DNA of 64,000 nucleotides from the NCBI GenBank assembly GCA_010015585.1, contig ML975182.1. The stretch is one strand, 5' to 3'. Source of the DNA: Eremomyces bilateralis CBS 781.70 (lineage: Eukaryota). Both the position numbers and the translations under genes were made by a program. A model generated the notes under the pieces. The model did not search any database. It was not told the DNA's origin and saw only the letters and a program-made list of their open reading frames with translations. Positions 50,299 through 62,131 of this stretch are shown in pieces. The number at the start of each line of letters is the position of its first letter. The first letter of the stretch is position 1.

Positions 50299-51295
50299 AT
50301 GAAATACTCGATTGCTCTCATTGCTGCTGTCAGCTCCCTTGCCGCGGCTCAAGCATCAGGAGGGGAATCGGGTCCGGCTGGTCACTGGGATTACTCCGCC
50401 CTCTCAGAGTGTGGTGTAAGTCTATCCTCCTATCACATAACATTTATCACATATTATCATCTACTTCTTACATTTCTTTCCCAATTGTGCGCAGCTTAAC
50501 TGTTTGTCGTGTTGGTGGTTCTGGGACTGCGAAACACTCACTGAACTACCTTGCCATGCGCCAGTTGCAAGCCACCATCAACAAACAACACCCAAACTTA
50601 CACACTTTCAATTTACTTTTGCTGACATTAATGCCTACAGCAAACTTGCATTCGGAACATGCTCCAGCTTGCGCCCACTCTTGGTTGCGATGAAGGCGAC
50701 CATAACTGCTACTGCTGCAACGCTAACTTCGGGTATGGCATCCGCGACTGCGCCAATGAGGCTTGCGACAATGAGGATGCCGTCAAGGTGCTCCAATGGG
50801 GTGCAGCCGCTTGTGGGAGTAAGCCAATGGATTCTCAACGCCTTTACTTGTTGTCAACCTTCTAACATTTTCTTCTCAGACTCCGTCGGCGCCAACGGAT
50901 GCCCTCCGGACTCAACTCCGGCTCGATCCATCATTGCCGGCGCTACCCAGGGCGGTGGCGATGCCATTCCCAGTGAGTCCTCGGCTCCTGATGCCACTCC
51001 TACTAGCGACGTGAGCGAGTCCGCTTCCTCTGTTGCCAGCGACGCGTCCGAATCTGCCTCTGGCATCGGTGAATCTGCGAGTTCTGAGGCCTCCGACGTC
51101 TCGAGCTCTGCCTTTGGCGACGCTTCCTCGGCTCCTTCTAGCTCGCAAACCAGCGCCCCGTCCTCTCGGACCTCCCCTGCCCCGACTAGCCCTGCAGACG
51201 ATGAGGCGGTTGCTGCGCCCACCAACGCAGCGCCATTCAAGACTGCCGCGCCCGTCCTCGGTGCTGGTGCCATGGCTGCACTTCTCCTCCTCTAA
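50299..51295 (+). CDS. GPI-anchored CFEM-domain protein
   Basis: Signal peptide, then spliced SECG/QTCIRNMLQLAPTLGCDEGDHNCYCCNANFGYGIRDCANEAC...AAACG (CFEM spacing). S/A-rich stalk and hydrophobic tail. Introns 50416-50640 and ~50819-50879. Confidence 0.92.
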
Positions 51296-52852
51296 GTTCG
51301 TTCCTTCATCAGCTTTGAGCTCTCTTCACGGATGCGTTAGTGTGAGATGGAGAGGAGCGAGCTAATGGAACGGATGATGATGATTACGGGACGACGTGAT
51401 GTGGCTATATGTTTTCCTTCATGATAGGCATGTACTTTGCCTGCGGCGCTTTCGTTTATTGCCACCAGTAGCAGATTTCAAGTGTTTTTCAAGAGCTCCC
51501 GGCGCATCATGGCATTCGGGGAGCGGCAACACATGGCGTGGCATGGCATTGTTTTCCCGTTTCTTTTCTCATGTTCCCCCCCTCTATCACAACACCGCAA
51601 CGCCCAGGGCACAGCACCCACTCAGGCCACTTCACTCGTGCTATCCCCACAATCCATGTTCATTAATTCTCCCCATATGTTTCATTAATCGCACCCATTT
51701 CCCCATTCGAATCCCCCCTTCACTTCGATGTCATATCCGCGGAACGGAATGGAATATAGATACTCACACCCTCACCGGCATGTATGTATTGCGGCATTGT
51801 CTCTTCTCTTCATCCTCTGGACTGATCCCGACACCATCACTTGACAAATTGGCACTTCACTATGTGGTTGTCGGACGGGGATGAGGCGGGATGAGACTTG
51901 CGTGGACGTAATCCGGAATGCTAAAGTTCATTTCATCAGACCATTTGCTTGGTGACTTCGCTTGCGTGACCGTAGCTAACTATTTCGCTTGATTGTCTTT
52001 TATGCTGACCATGACATGCTTCTCCATCTCGTGGAAGAACCATATGCATGTGCGGCGGCTTCGATGAAATTCGGTGGCAAGAGACGTACGGGATCAGTTA
52101 TACTTCATTTTCGATCACTTATTGTGAGTTCAGTTTGATGGTACGACTGAAATCTCGACGATGTGTTCACTTGATTCTCACTTTGTGCAATTTGGCCACG
52201 ATTGAAATTATTTCGGTATATCACATGCACGATTACAATTACCAAAGCCATTTGGTATGGCAGGGCGGAGCAAGTTGCCTTTGCATGCAACTGGCGGTAC
52301 TGATGAGACTAACTTCGATCTTCTTCCTTCCCTCGCTCCACTCTTACATAATCTCCCATTAAAAAGTTTTCTATATCCACTAACGGCACTGACTTCCATC
52401 TTCATCGTTCCCCTCCCATCTTCCATCTTTTTTTCTTCCCAACAGAGACTTCAACATCCATCGTTCGTTGGCACTGATTTCGACCTCATCCTCCCAACAT
52501 CCACTGACTACATTGACGTCGATCTTCATCCTTTCTCCAAGTTGAGATTGACTTTAACCGGGCCAGTCATTCTGGACACTGATGGTGCCTATCTACAAAC
52601 CCTTTGACCAATTGGGTTCGTACCTGGACACTTTCGAACCCGTGCCATTGCTATTGGCAAGGACTCCACTCACCTGCTGCCAACATTGTCGATTCTAAGC
52701 ATCTTCAATGGTTGACACTGAGATCCTAGACATCTCTTCTCTATGCCATTGCAATTAACAAGAATGTTGCCGGGTTGGGTTCCTGTCTTGCTCGCATCTC
52801 AAAATCTGCCAACACTTCATTCCGGTCCAGGAATCTTCAACAGTAGACGCTG

Positions 52853-53921
52853 ATGACAGTGGCGCTGAAGGAGAGAAAGACTATGATATCTTCTACGAAG
52901 GACTTGAATCGGTTGAGGAACTTAGTAACGTTGGTGGCGGATCCTCAGCCCGTGAATGTCAACTCCGTGAGAATGCTCGGAAGACCAGGTTTCAAGGCAC
53001 ATGGTTTGACACGGATAAGAGCAGGAACTACTACCCTTGAACACCAAAGTTTCGGAAGCACAAAAGAATCGACGGCCGAAAAAGCCAGTAGCAGATGAGG
53101 AAGACAGTTGGAAGAACGCGAGAAAACAGAAGATCATCAGGTTAGAGAATGCGGCCGCCAAAGCGAACGGAATATTGCTGGTGTTCTCCATTCCAACCAC
53201 CAATGCGAGAATCCGCAACCTAGCGAATGGTATCCCCAATATCTGGCCGGAGGTGAGCTGGAACACTCTCGATAATGAGGAATATCCCAAGTCATGTCCT
53301 ACGTTCAGCGATATAGATACCTATGCTCTCCGTAGCCGCGTTCGTGGTCCCGATCCTAACCTCGACCTGTTCGACGAGCTCGACAACCTCCGCGGCCACC
53401 CCGTCGTACCGAGGCTGCGTCCTCTGCCTTATGCAGCGAAGACGTTGCTCCACCCTGGAACCTGGCCGTGTCAGTGCTGCAGTGACAACCGCTCCCAATG
53501 CGAACTGATCATCCCGCCCGCGGTGAAGGAAGTTTGCATCGCTTGCCAAAATCGAGCGAATGGGGGCCCAGACTGTGACTGCACGTACACCCCCAGTCCC
53601 GACATCGATGAGATCCCGTATCATCTGACCTGCGAACAATGCTAAGACGAGCGCGCGAAATGCGTCGCTGGTCCACGCGATGCCGCCAGTATAGCTAAGC
53701 GGATCGATGCGAACTTCTTTTGGAAGGAGATGGGGCATCAGGGGCTGTCGCAGACTGAGCCGGCCAGAGTACTGCGGGAACTGCAGGAGAGCCTGTTGTT
53801 CATGCCTCATCCAAAGCAGCGGAAGCGCCGGGCGACGGAACCGCAGGAGAATGAACATGTGTATGCCTGTGATCAGTGCAGGAAGGTAGGAGCTCAGTGC
53901 GGCCTGAAGGGTGGTATGTGA
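52853..53921 (+). pseudogene. Disrupted gene with several Zn-cluster-like Cys motifs
   Basis: CQCCSDNRSQC...CIACQNR...CDC, CEQC*DERAKC (TAA at 53643) and ACDQCRKVGAQC lie in shifting frames. Confidence 0.5.
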
Positions 53922-54449
53922 AGGAGCATTTAAGTGAGGAAGCGGGGAAAAGAGGTAAATCGCGACATGAAAAGCCTTCTGGCCAGTTGATCTTCCATCA
54001 TCCTTCGTCCATCACACACTCTGTCAACGTTAAAAAAATAACGCTGGATTGAGAGGCACCTGCAAAGACCAAAAAGATGCAGAAAATCCGGAACATTTCA
54101 ACGATACTTTGGTACTCTTTACCAGAATAACCTCGAATATTTAGCGATTAGCCTGTCATGTGGGACTGGTACCACGGTGAAATGAGTTGCAACCGGAAAT
54201 AGAAGAATACAAATTATGATTAGAGATATGTGGACCAGAGCATTTATAACAACTCATGTCATCATCAATCGGCCAACCCTTCCTCAAGAGGGTATCATCC
54301 ATCCGCATTTTAGACAGACCGCCTCCGTCTGCCCCCAATGCTATTATATCGTGCACTCATTTGGGAAGCCATCACCAGTAAAGGAAACCTCGAGATGTAC
54401 CATCAAATTGGACCAATACCAATATGCGATGTTTCACGCCAGAATTGCA

Positions 54450-57400
54450 CTACGCTTTCTTCCCCCCGATCCTGAAAAGCTTCCTCAAGCCTCCCCTCTT
54501 CTCTTTCTTCTCTTTCATCTCCACCTTATCACCTTTCTTTGGCTTCTTTGGAGTCTTCTCCTTCACTGCTTCACCGTCATTCCCGGCGGCTCGCTCTACT
54601 CTCTCATCATCACCCATCCCATCCGTCCCCCATTCTTTTGCTCCCATTTCCTTCCTCCTCGCCGACTCTCTCTCGCGCTCTCGCAGCAACTTGAACGACG
54701 CATCGTTCATATCCTCCTTGCCGAGCTCGGCGGCCAATTCCCGCACTTTCCGTTCTTCCAGCGTCTGTCGTCGTGGCTTTGTCTGCTTCTCGTCGAGGGG
54801 TGCAGCAGATTCGGATGATAGGGGACCTGGTGCGAGTTGTTCTACGCTGGATGGTGAACGTGGCGCGGGCGCGGTTGTCGGGCGAGCGTGAGGGGAGGAT
54901 GGAGTGAGGACTTGGGAGGACTGGGGTGAGATCGCGTCGGCTTCTACCCCCAACTTTTTGACCAAAGGGAGGTCAAGAACGAGGTCTGGGCGGGTGCGGA
55001 CGGAGCTGGCTGCCTGGTCGGGACCGTGGGACTCGTTTTTGCTGGTAGTGGGAGAGGTTGTGTCCTGGAGGACGGAGTCCACAGGTTGCAGGCTGGGCTT
55101 CCTGGTGTCCTCGATGATTGTATGGCGGAATTTAGTGGGAGAGGCTGGAGTGGACGCGACGTTGGATTTGGGAAGAGGCTCGGTTGGGACTGGAGGTTTT
55201 GTGTGCCCTCCCGGAACATCTGCACTGCTGCCTAGACGGGCTTTGTTTCCTCCAAAGATTGATTTCACTCGACGAATGCTCGTGGCACCGACCGACTTCC
55301 TTCTGGATTTCGGGTCAGATGTCGTTTGCGTTCTCTTCATTGGTTGCGCGGGGCCAATCACAGATTGGCGGGCAGGAGAAGTTGGTGGTAGATCTTTGGG
55401 TGAACGGTCGAGATCTTGAAGGGCTTTTTGACGAGCTTCCTCCCTAGCCTTTTGACGCTCTCTTCTTGCTCGCCTTTGCACTTCACCAGGAGGTAAAAAT
55501 CCAATTCCAACTGCCCCGGTTCCTTGAAGATTCTCGTTGATAGAGCCGCGCCGCTTGCGAGTTCCATCGTCGGTTGCCTCATCAGGACTAGTAGCCACCG
55601 TGAGCGTTTCGTCCACGACGACACTACTCCGGGTTTTGGCACGTTCATCTAAGAGCGACTGGCCGCCAGCAACATCTCGACTTTTTCGGTTTTCAGAGTC
55701 AGTTTGACTTTTTCTCCGGTCGACCTCTACGGGACTTCTCTGCGCATGGGTCTCGCCAACAACGCTCTTGCTCTTGTCAGGACTTCTCATACTGGTTCCC
55801 TTGTCGAGGGCCCCAAGGGTTCCTGAATCACGTCTCAGCTCCTGAAACCCGTCCCGCTCCCTTAGCCCCGTCTTGAACATATCTGCCTCCTTCCGTGCCT
55901 TATCCACCTCTTCTTTCAGCTGTTGCTGCAACTTTACAAGCGCTTGCGTATCGTCTTTTTGGTCGGGACCTGCAGCGTTTTCTTCGGCATCATGAGGTTG
56001 TGGTTCCAGGTCGAGTTTGAAGTCTTTGAACGCTTGTATCGAATCTGTCTCCGTTGATGCTAGAACGATATCTAATTCGGCTTTCCCCAAGTCTTTCCCA
56101 TCATCTTGCTGCATTACTGTAACAGACACATTGGGTAGCGGTTCCGGATCCACAGCACGTATACTCGAGGATTGTGCTCCGGTGGACGGAAATTGAGGGG
56201 CCCAAGGGTATGATATCGGGCGATCGGACGCATCCTGTTGGTCTGTAGTGGTCCCCTCCGGTCCACCAGAGAGCTGATCAAAATTTTGAGTTGCAGTCGT
56301 TGCTTTTAAACGCGTTGTAGGATTCGAGTCTTTCGGGCTCTTGGGAGTCAAGGGACGCAAGTTCGGCGTTGAAAAATTTGGTGCCTGTAGAGGAGGGCCT
56401 GGCTTAGTGTCGGCGAACCCTTCCTCGAACATAGGGAATGGGTCAGTTTGTTGTTTACTCTGTCCGCTCTGTTCGGGAGCCACAGCACTTGGGATAGTGG
56501 GAAAAATATCGACCGAAGGCGAGGTGTTGTCAGATCCTTCAACCGGGGATCGTGTTGCTTGAAAATTTGGGCTCTCGAGGGCCATGGGAGTTACACTTCG
56601 TGGTCCAGGAACCAGCCTGATAGACTCCCTGATGGGCGGCGTGCCGGCGTAAACGGTAAGGGACTTGCTGGCTACGTTGGTGGGGAACTGGACAGAGTTT
56701 GGACTGGCTTCGTTTGCGTCGAGTCGCGGTCCGGAATTTCCAGCTGCTTTCGTAGGTGAGGCGGGAACTTGAATACTGTCCATGGGCAATAGCTCTTGAT
56801 GCGAGTCCCGTAACCGAGTGGGTACAAGAAGGTGCTTGCGTTGGAATTCCTTTTCGTTGACGGCTCGTTTTTCACTATTCTCGAGCAGAGAATACTGAGC
56901 TTTGACTGCGTCTAATGATAATAGGACGGCCGGTTCGAACGAGGGCATCGGCTGCACCGTCGCGACGGAGTTTGGTCGTGCGGATGGAACTGCAACAGTT
57001 GCCAAATTGGGTTGAGTTTTCGATTGTACCACTTCGTCTTTTGCTCCAACGAACGCTATCGTGTGTCTTTGATGTTTCTCGGAGCTATGATCCACAGCTA
57101 CGTCTAGTCCCAGGCTAGCTTGGTGAAATGACGACGGCCGAGGCGCCGACTGCGCCGACTGCGATTGTACAGTAGGACGAAGCGACCAGTTTGCGATGTT
57201 GTAGTTGAGACTCCGAAATGTATTCCCGTCTTCTTTCTTCTCTTTAGCTGTTCCTTTCTTTCCCACACTGTAAAATTCGCGGTGTCGCTCCTTGGCTTGT
57301 TTCTCGGCAAGGACCAGTTCTAGCCGCCTGCTCAGGTCTCGGGGGTCGATCGGCTTGCCTTGCTGTGATCGAAGGGCAGGCTGCTTCACAGAGGTTGTTT

Positions 57401-57556
57401 TGGCCGACTTTGTCCGAGCAGGTATGGTGATCTAGTACAGGACAGTCTCGATGTTAGTTCAGCAACATAACTGGACAAGCATACAAATCATCATGTGGAA
57501 ATCAACAAAACCATACGCACCCTGCTCAATCGATCGCCTGCTCCAAGCGCTACCAT
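54450..57556 (-). CDS. Large low-complexity hypothetical protein (~1000 aa)
   Basis: 2.9-kb open frame. A short first exon (ATG at 57556, MVALGAGDRLSR) is joined in frame by an intron gtgcgt...ctaac...tag. No domain recognised. Confidence 0.85.
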
Positions 57557-60371
57557 GTTGCGCTTCAAAACACTACATCGATTGCCAGGGACTGTCAGGT
57601 ATCACTTGAAGCAAGTGGAAATGTAGATGGAGGAAAGAAATAGTGGGAATCAAACTGACACGACTGGAATCACTCAGGACAAACTTGACTCATGAAAGGG
57701 AAAAGACAACAGTGTTTCCAGAACGCTCGTGATAGAATTGAGTATTGCGGTCCACATAAAATGTGGAGGACTCGGGACTCGTATCAAAGTTGAAGGTGGG
57801 GAAAACACGACGAATAGCGCATCTTATGGCTTTAGAGACGAGACCGTCACGAGGGCGGACTTCCGGTTTCAAGCGTTCCTGGCGCACGGCTAGACGACAT
57901 TAGTTAGAAATGAGAATCGATCCCCGTATTGGACGGAGGTCCTAAGATCTGGGATACATCCCGCAATCCAGCATCGTGGGTGAGCATGTGTCTCGACTCG
58001 AGTCTCGACTCCTCCAACTGTGGAACGAAAGAAGAAGGGTTGCCATATCGGGACCCCATTTGCCGGGCTCGACCAGGATTCTGCCTTCTCATTAAGAGAC
58101 CGGTCCGAACTTCATGATGAAGCCGAAGAGGGATTGGTCATAGCGGAAGATGGTGTGAACGGAAAAGGAAAAGGCGCCTGATGGATGATGGTCCAACCAT
58201 CCGCTCTAACCGAAAAGAAAGCCCTAGGTGATCAAGGCTGGCGAGCGTGCTGGGGGGTTAAACAGAAAAGCCGGGGAAACGCGCTATCGATGTTGGATTC
58301 GCTGCGATTGCTTGCAACACCTGCGAAAACGACATCAGTGGAGGTCGGGTATCGAAATTGAGTCTGTCCGAATTTAAGTATCCAACTCTCAAAGGCATAA
58401 ACCTGCGTCCTCCGAGGAATATATCATATCAGGGTCATATACTTCAATATATCTCGATAAGAGCAACATATTGGTCACTGCACAGGCAGCAGGAGCTCAC
58501 GAGACAAGACCGTTAAATGGGGCGAGAAAAGGAGGCTCGCAGGTGGATTAGCCGATCCTGCATGACAGCATGACAGGATTAACAGCATGCAATACTGTAG
58601 TACCAACCCTGTCTCGAAAGTCGACTCCATGTCCTGTCGGCGGTCCGGCCCCTGGAAGATGGGCAATACTGCTCTAATTATCCTCAACGGCCTTTCGCCT
58701 TTAACAGCACCATAAAACCTGATCTCACTTGACCTCTCAATCCAAATTTTAAATACGGGATTTCTTTGCCTTTCACCCAGGGAGATAAACACAGCTTTGC
58801 CAAGTATCAGCTCCTCCATCGCTCTGAGCAATCCGAATCATTATTTAAGCGATCCAATCGAATCCCCAGTTGCCCGAGTAGATCTCTCCTTATCAATCGT
58901 CAGCTTACATGGAGCCTTAATGCAGATTGTAGACCCACGAACTACCAGGATGTTCACCGTTTTTTCAGGAGACAATGATTTCTAGATGGAAATGCGAGAT
59001 TGCATAAAATTTCGATTTGCACTTGTCCGTGTGACTTCGCACGGTGGTTGGATGGCCGTTGGACACCTGGACTATTGAAGTGCAATCCAGGGTGGTGCGC
59101 CACGCTACGCTTGGATTGGACTGGCGCTTGCAAAAACAATCCGGGGAGCGTCTTTTCCACCCCAAGCACGGTGCGGATATGGATCCTTCCACTTGACATT
59201 ATCCTTGGGAACGCCACGACCAGGTCAATCTTGAAGAATGAAGATGCTTCCGTTGCCGTTCCTCGTCTCCTCGGTGAGCTCGGTCAACTGTCAAGGGATT
59301 TCCCGAAATAAACAAAGGGGCGTAGCCGCGGAGGTATGGTGGCGCAGTCCTCGAACCGAAGTATTTGGGCTCTAGAGCGGTTCGAGGCTTGAGCGTGCCG
59401 TTAGATCAGCAAACTTGGCTTTTGGAAACATAATTTTCATCTCGACTCGTTCCAAACCTTCTCTCCAATTTCGGGAATATTATTCCTATCCGTAATTAGC
59501 AAATCAGCATGTGGACTCTGTAGACTCAACCGAAGTTTCCGTAATGTGATGTGTTAACTTCGAGTGTTGTTATATTTGAGAGGAGTTAGGAGATATCTTA
59601 AACTCTATTCCATATATCAATTAAGTTATGGGACTAGTCCCATAGCCAGAGCAATCCGAGGTGGACTGAAAGTAATGGTACGATGGATTTCATTCACGCC
59701 TCGGCCTATAACAGTGGAAGATTATTCCGTAGTAGCCTACTTATTCAGAAGGAATATAATATGGGCCAGCTTTATGTATAGGTGAGGCAAGGTCTGACAT
59801 AGATATGGAAGGTTTTAAATATTGTGTAGTTTGATAGGTGATGAAGGTGAAGATTGGGCATTTGAATAGGACATATTAGAGTACTCTAGATTGGGTTTCT
59901 CTCGTATGGTTTTGAACATGTAGTAACGAACTACATTGGTCCCGGTGATTGACGGCTCATCTTGTTCTCCTAACTTAAACGTGTTGAACACAACAAAGGA
60001 TCGTCATATTCAGGAGTGATAAGAATACCGTTTAGTGTTCTGATTTTTCGTTGGCACTTGCAATGTCATGGGCTAGCCGATCCAGCTGGAACGTCAAATG
60101 TGTTTAACTCGCCGATACTCGTGATGGTTATGGCAGTGAATATCCTGTTGCAGTTCACTCTAACATATTAGAAAGTGATGTGAACCGCAGCGCGATGTGA
60201 AAACAACCTAGATTTTGCAAATGAGTCAACCAACATTGAAATTTTAACCGCGGTGGTTGGAGAACAAAATGACAGAGGTTTCAATATCGCCATAGCAGAT
60301 ATCGTTCAAGCAAATCCGATACAGCTCGTTGGACATGATTTCGTCAATCCAGCGGTTATAAGGAAGCCAAG

Positions 60372-61790
60372 ATGCTTGCCAGCACCCGTCGTCGGCATAA
60401 ACCACGATCGGTCGAAGATAGCAGCATTCTCAGTGCCATATCCTCAAGCACCTGGCTATCAGCCGCCCAGAAAGTCCACAAGCTAGCGGATCTTCCACTG
60501 ATCCGCAATTCTACTACAGCGAAAGAAATCCGCCGTAATGCTCTTGAGGAAATCCGCCATCGGGGGAGGTCGCGGTCCAAACGTCGAAGTAGACGAGAGA
60601 AAGAGTCGCGAAGTGATGGACGATCATTGAGACAGAGAGAGAATCATGGAGCGCAAAGTGGACAACAAAGGAAGCCCCCTGAAGATGATGCAAAACAAAT
60701 ACGCCGCTCAGGCAATGACACCGACACCGAGGCTCGCTCGCGCGCACGAAGATATCCAAGTTCAGTGGGCACACGCCGCCAACCCGGAGACCCTGACGTC
60801 CCTACTGAGTATAAGCCATATGATGCTTCGAACGACGATGAATATGAAGAACGACATGCAGACCATGAGTCAGAACGAATCCAAGTCGAAGAATATAAAG
60901 GTCCTTTGACCATGGCAGGAGCACTGCCAGCTCCCATAGCCCAAGATCCGCAGAGTATTGGGGGTGCAGAAAGGAGATCCCATAAGCACCACTCTTGCGA
61001 TTCATTCGTCTTTTGTCCCAGACACAACCCGGAGCCGGAGCCAGAGCCATCAAAGTTCAGTTGGAAGGAAACCCTGGGACTCAGCCCGGGTAAAGAAAAC
61101 AGAACGAAGCACCAAGGCCGCAAAAGTTATTACCAGCGACAACAAGAAAGGATGCAAGCTAGCTCTAAAAGGAAGGGCCACCAACGGGGAACACGCAACA
61201 TAAGTAGCCATACTCCTGGGAATTCTTACGGCTCGGAATCGAAAGCTCGGAGGGTTCGTGTAGAGCGGACGCGGAGGCACCGTGGTACGGAGTTGGACGT
61301 TTCTAACCCACAGAATTATCCAGATGGAACCGAAAACAATAACGACGACTCTAATGACGAGGAAGAGGAGCAATTCCAGGACGACTTCGATGCACCGCCT
61401 GGTAGCCCAAACCCTGTCGACCGGAGCAAACCGTCTTCCCAGGCTTCTCTATCATTCAACAGCTCATCCAGAGCAAGCCAGTCCGAGTACCATGCAGACA
61501 GCGATGCCAGCGATGATGAGAATCGACTGTCCAAGGTCTCCATTGCGACTGAGAGCACCATTCCGCACGCGCCGCCAAACCCGGACTGGTCGGATCCGAT
61601 CATCCCCGGGGCAGCACAGGACGGGAGCTGGCATTCGACGGATAGGGTACCGGAAATACAACGGAGGTTCTTCTACAATGCCGGAAGAGCGCAGATTGAG
61701 AGATGGAGAAGAAAGAACGGGAGACAGAGGAAGAAACAGGAGGAATCAGAGCAGATGACGCAGTCCCTGAAGGGGAAAGAGAAAGAATGA
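60372..61790 (+). CDS. Hypothetical charged, disordered protein (472 aa)
   Basis: Uninterrupted ATG-initiated 1.4-kb ORF rich in R/S/E/D. True start uncertain. Confidence 0.7.
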   Translation: MLASTRRRHKPRSVEDSSILSAISSSTWLSAAQKVHKLADLPLIRNSTTAKEIRRNALEEIRHRGRSRSKRRSRREKESRSDGRSLRQRENHGAQSGQQRKPPEDDAKQIRRSGNDTDTEARSRARRYPSSVGTRRQPGDPDVPTEYKPYDASNDDEYEERHADHESERIQVEEYKGPLTMAGALPAPIAQDPQSIGGAERRSHKHHSCDSFVFCPRHNPEPEPEPSKFSWKETLGLSPGKENRTKHQGRKSYYQRQQERMQASSKRKGHQRGTRNISSHTPGNSYGSESKARRVRVERTRRHRGTELDVSNPQNYPDGTENNNDDSNDEEEEQFQDDFDAPPGSPNPVDRSKPSSQASLSFNSSSRASQSEYHADSDASDDENRLSKVSIATESTIPHAPPNPDWSDPIIPGAAQDGSWHSTDRVPEIQRRFFYNAGRAQIERWRRKNGRQRKKQEESEQMTQSLKGKEKE

Positions 61791-61983
61791 GACACATTCG
61801 GCACGAGAGACTCTGAGATAGATGAAAAACCCATAGCTGGTCTTAGCTATGTGGAGTGATGCCATAAGAGCTAATTCCACCCAAGGAGAACATGTGGTCA
61901 TTTAATGGTGCACTTCTGATTGTTTAGTTGAAATCCTCAAAGTCGTCTGCATACCATTGACGTGGCCCGTGCACCAAACAGCT

Positions 61984-62035
61984 CCGCGTGGGCGCGTGGC
62001 GGCGTGGGCGGCGTGGCGCGTGCTGGCGTGTTTAC
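61984..62035. promoter_or_regulatory. Cluster of MCB-like (ACGCG) boxes plus a forkhead-like site upstream of CENP-Q
   Basis: cgcgt (ACGCG on the minus strand) at 61985, 61993 and 62017, and tgtttac at 62029-62035, about 100-150 bp before the ATG. Confidence 0.5.
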
Positions 62036-62131
62036 ATCGGAGTAGATGTCTCCAAGCATCAGGTCGAGATATTGGCAAGTCTCACAGACATCTTTGGATA
62101 AAGTTCGTCGCAATTATAATAGCCTAGATCT

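Noticed and set aside
58430..59311. Stop-interrupted plus-strand frame (PIESPVARVDLSL...)
   Set aside because: Too degenerate to assign.
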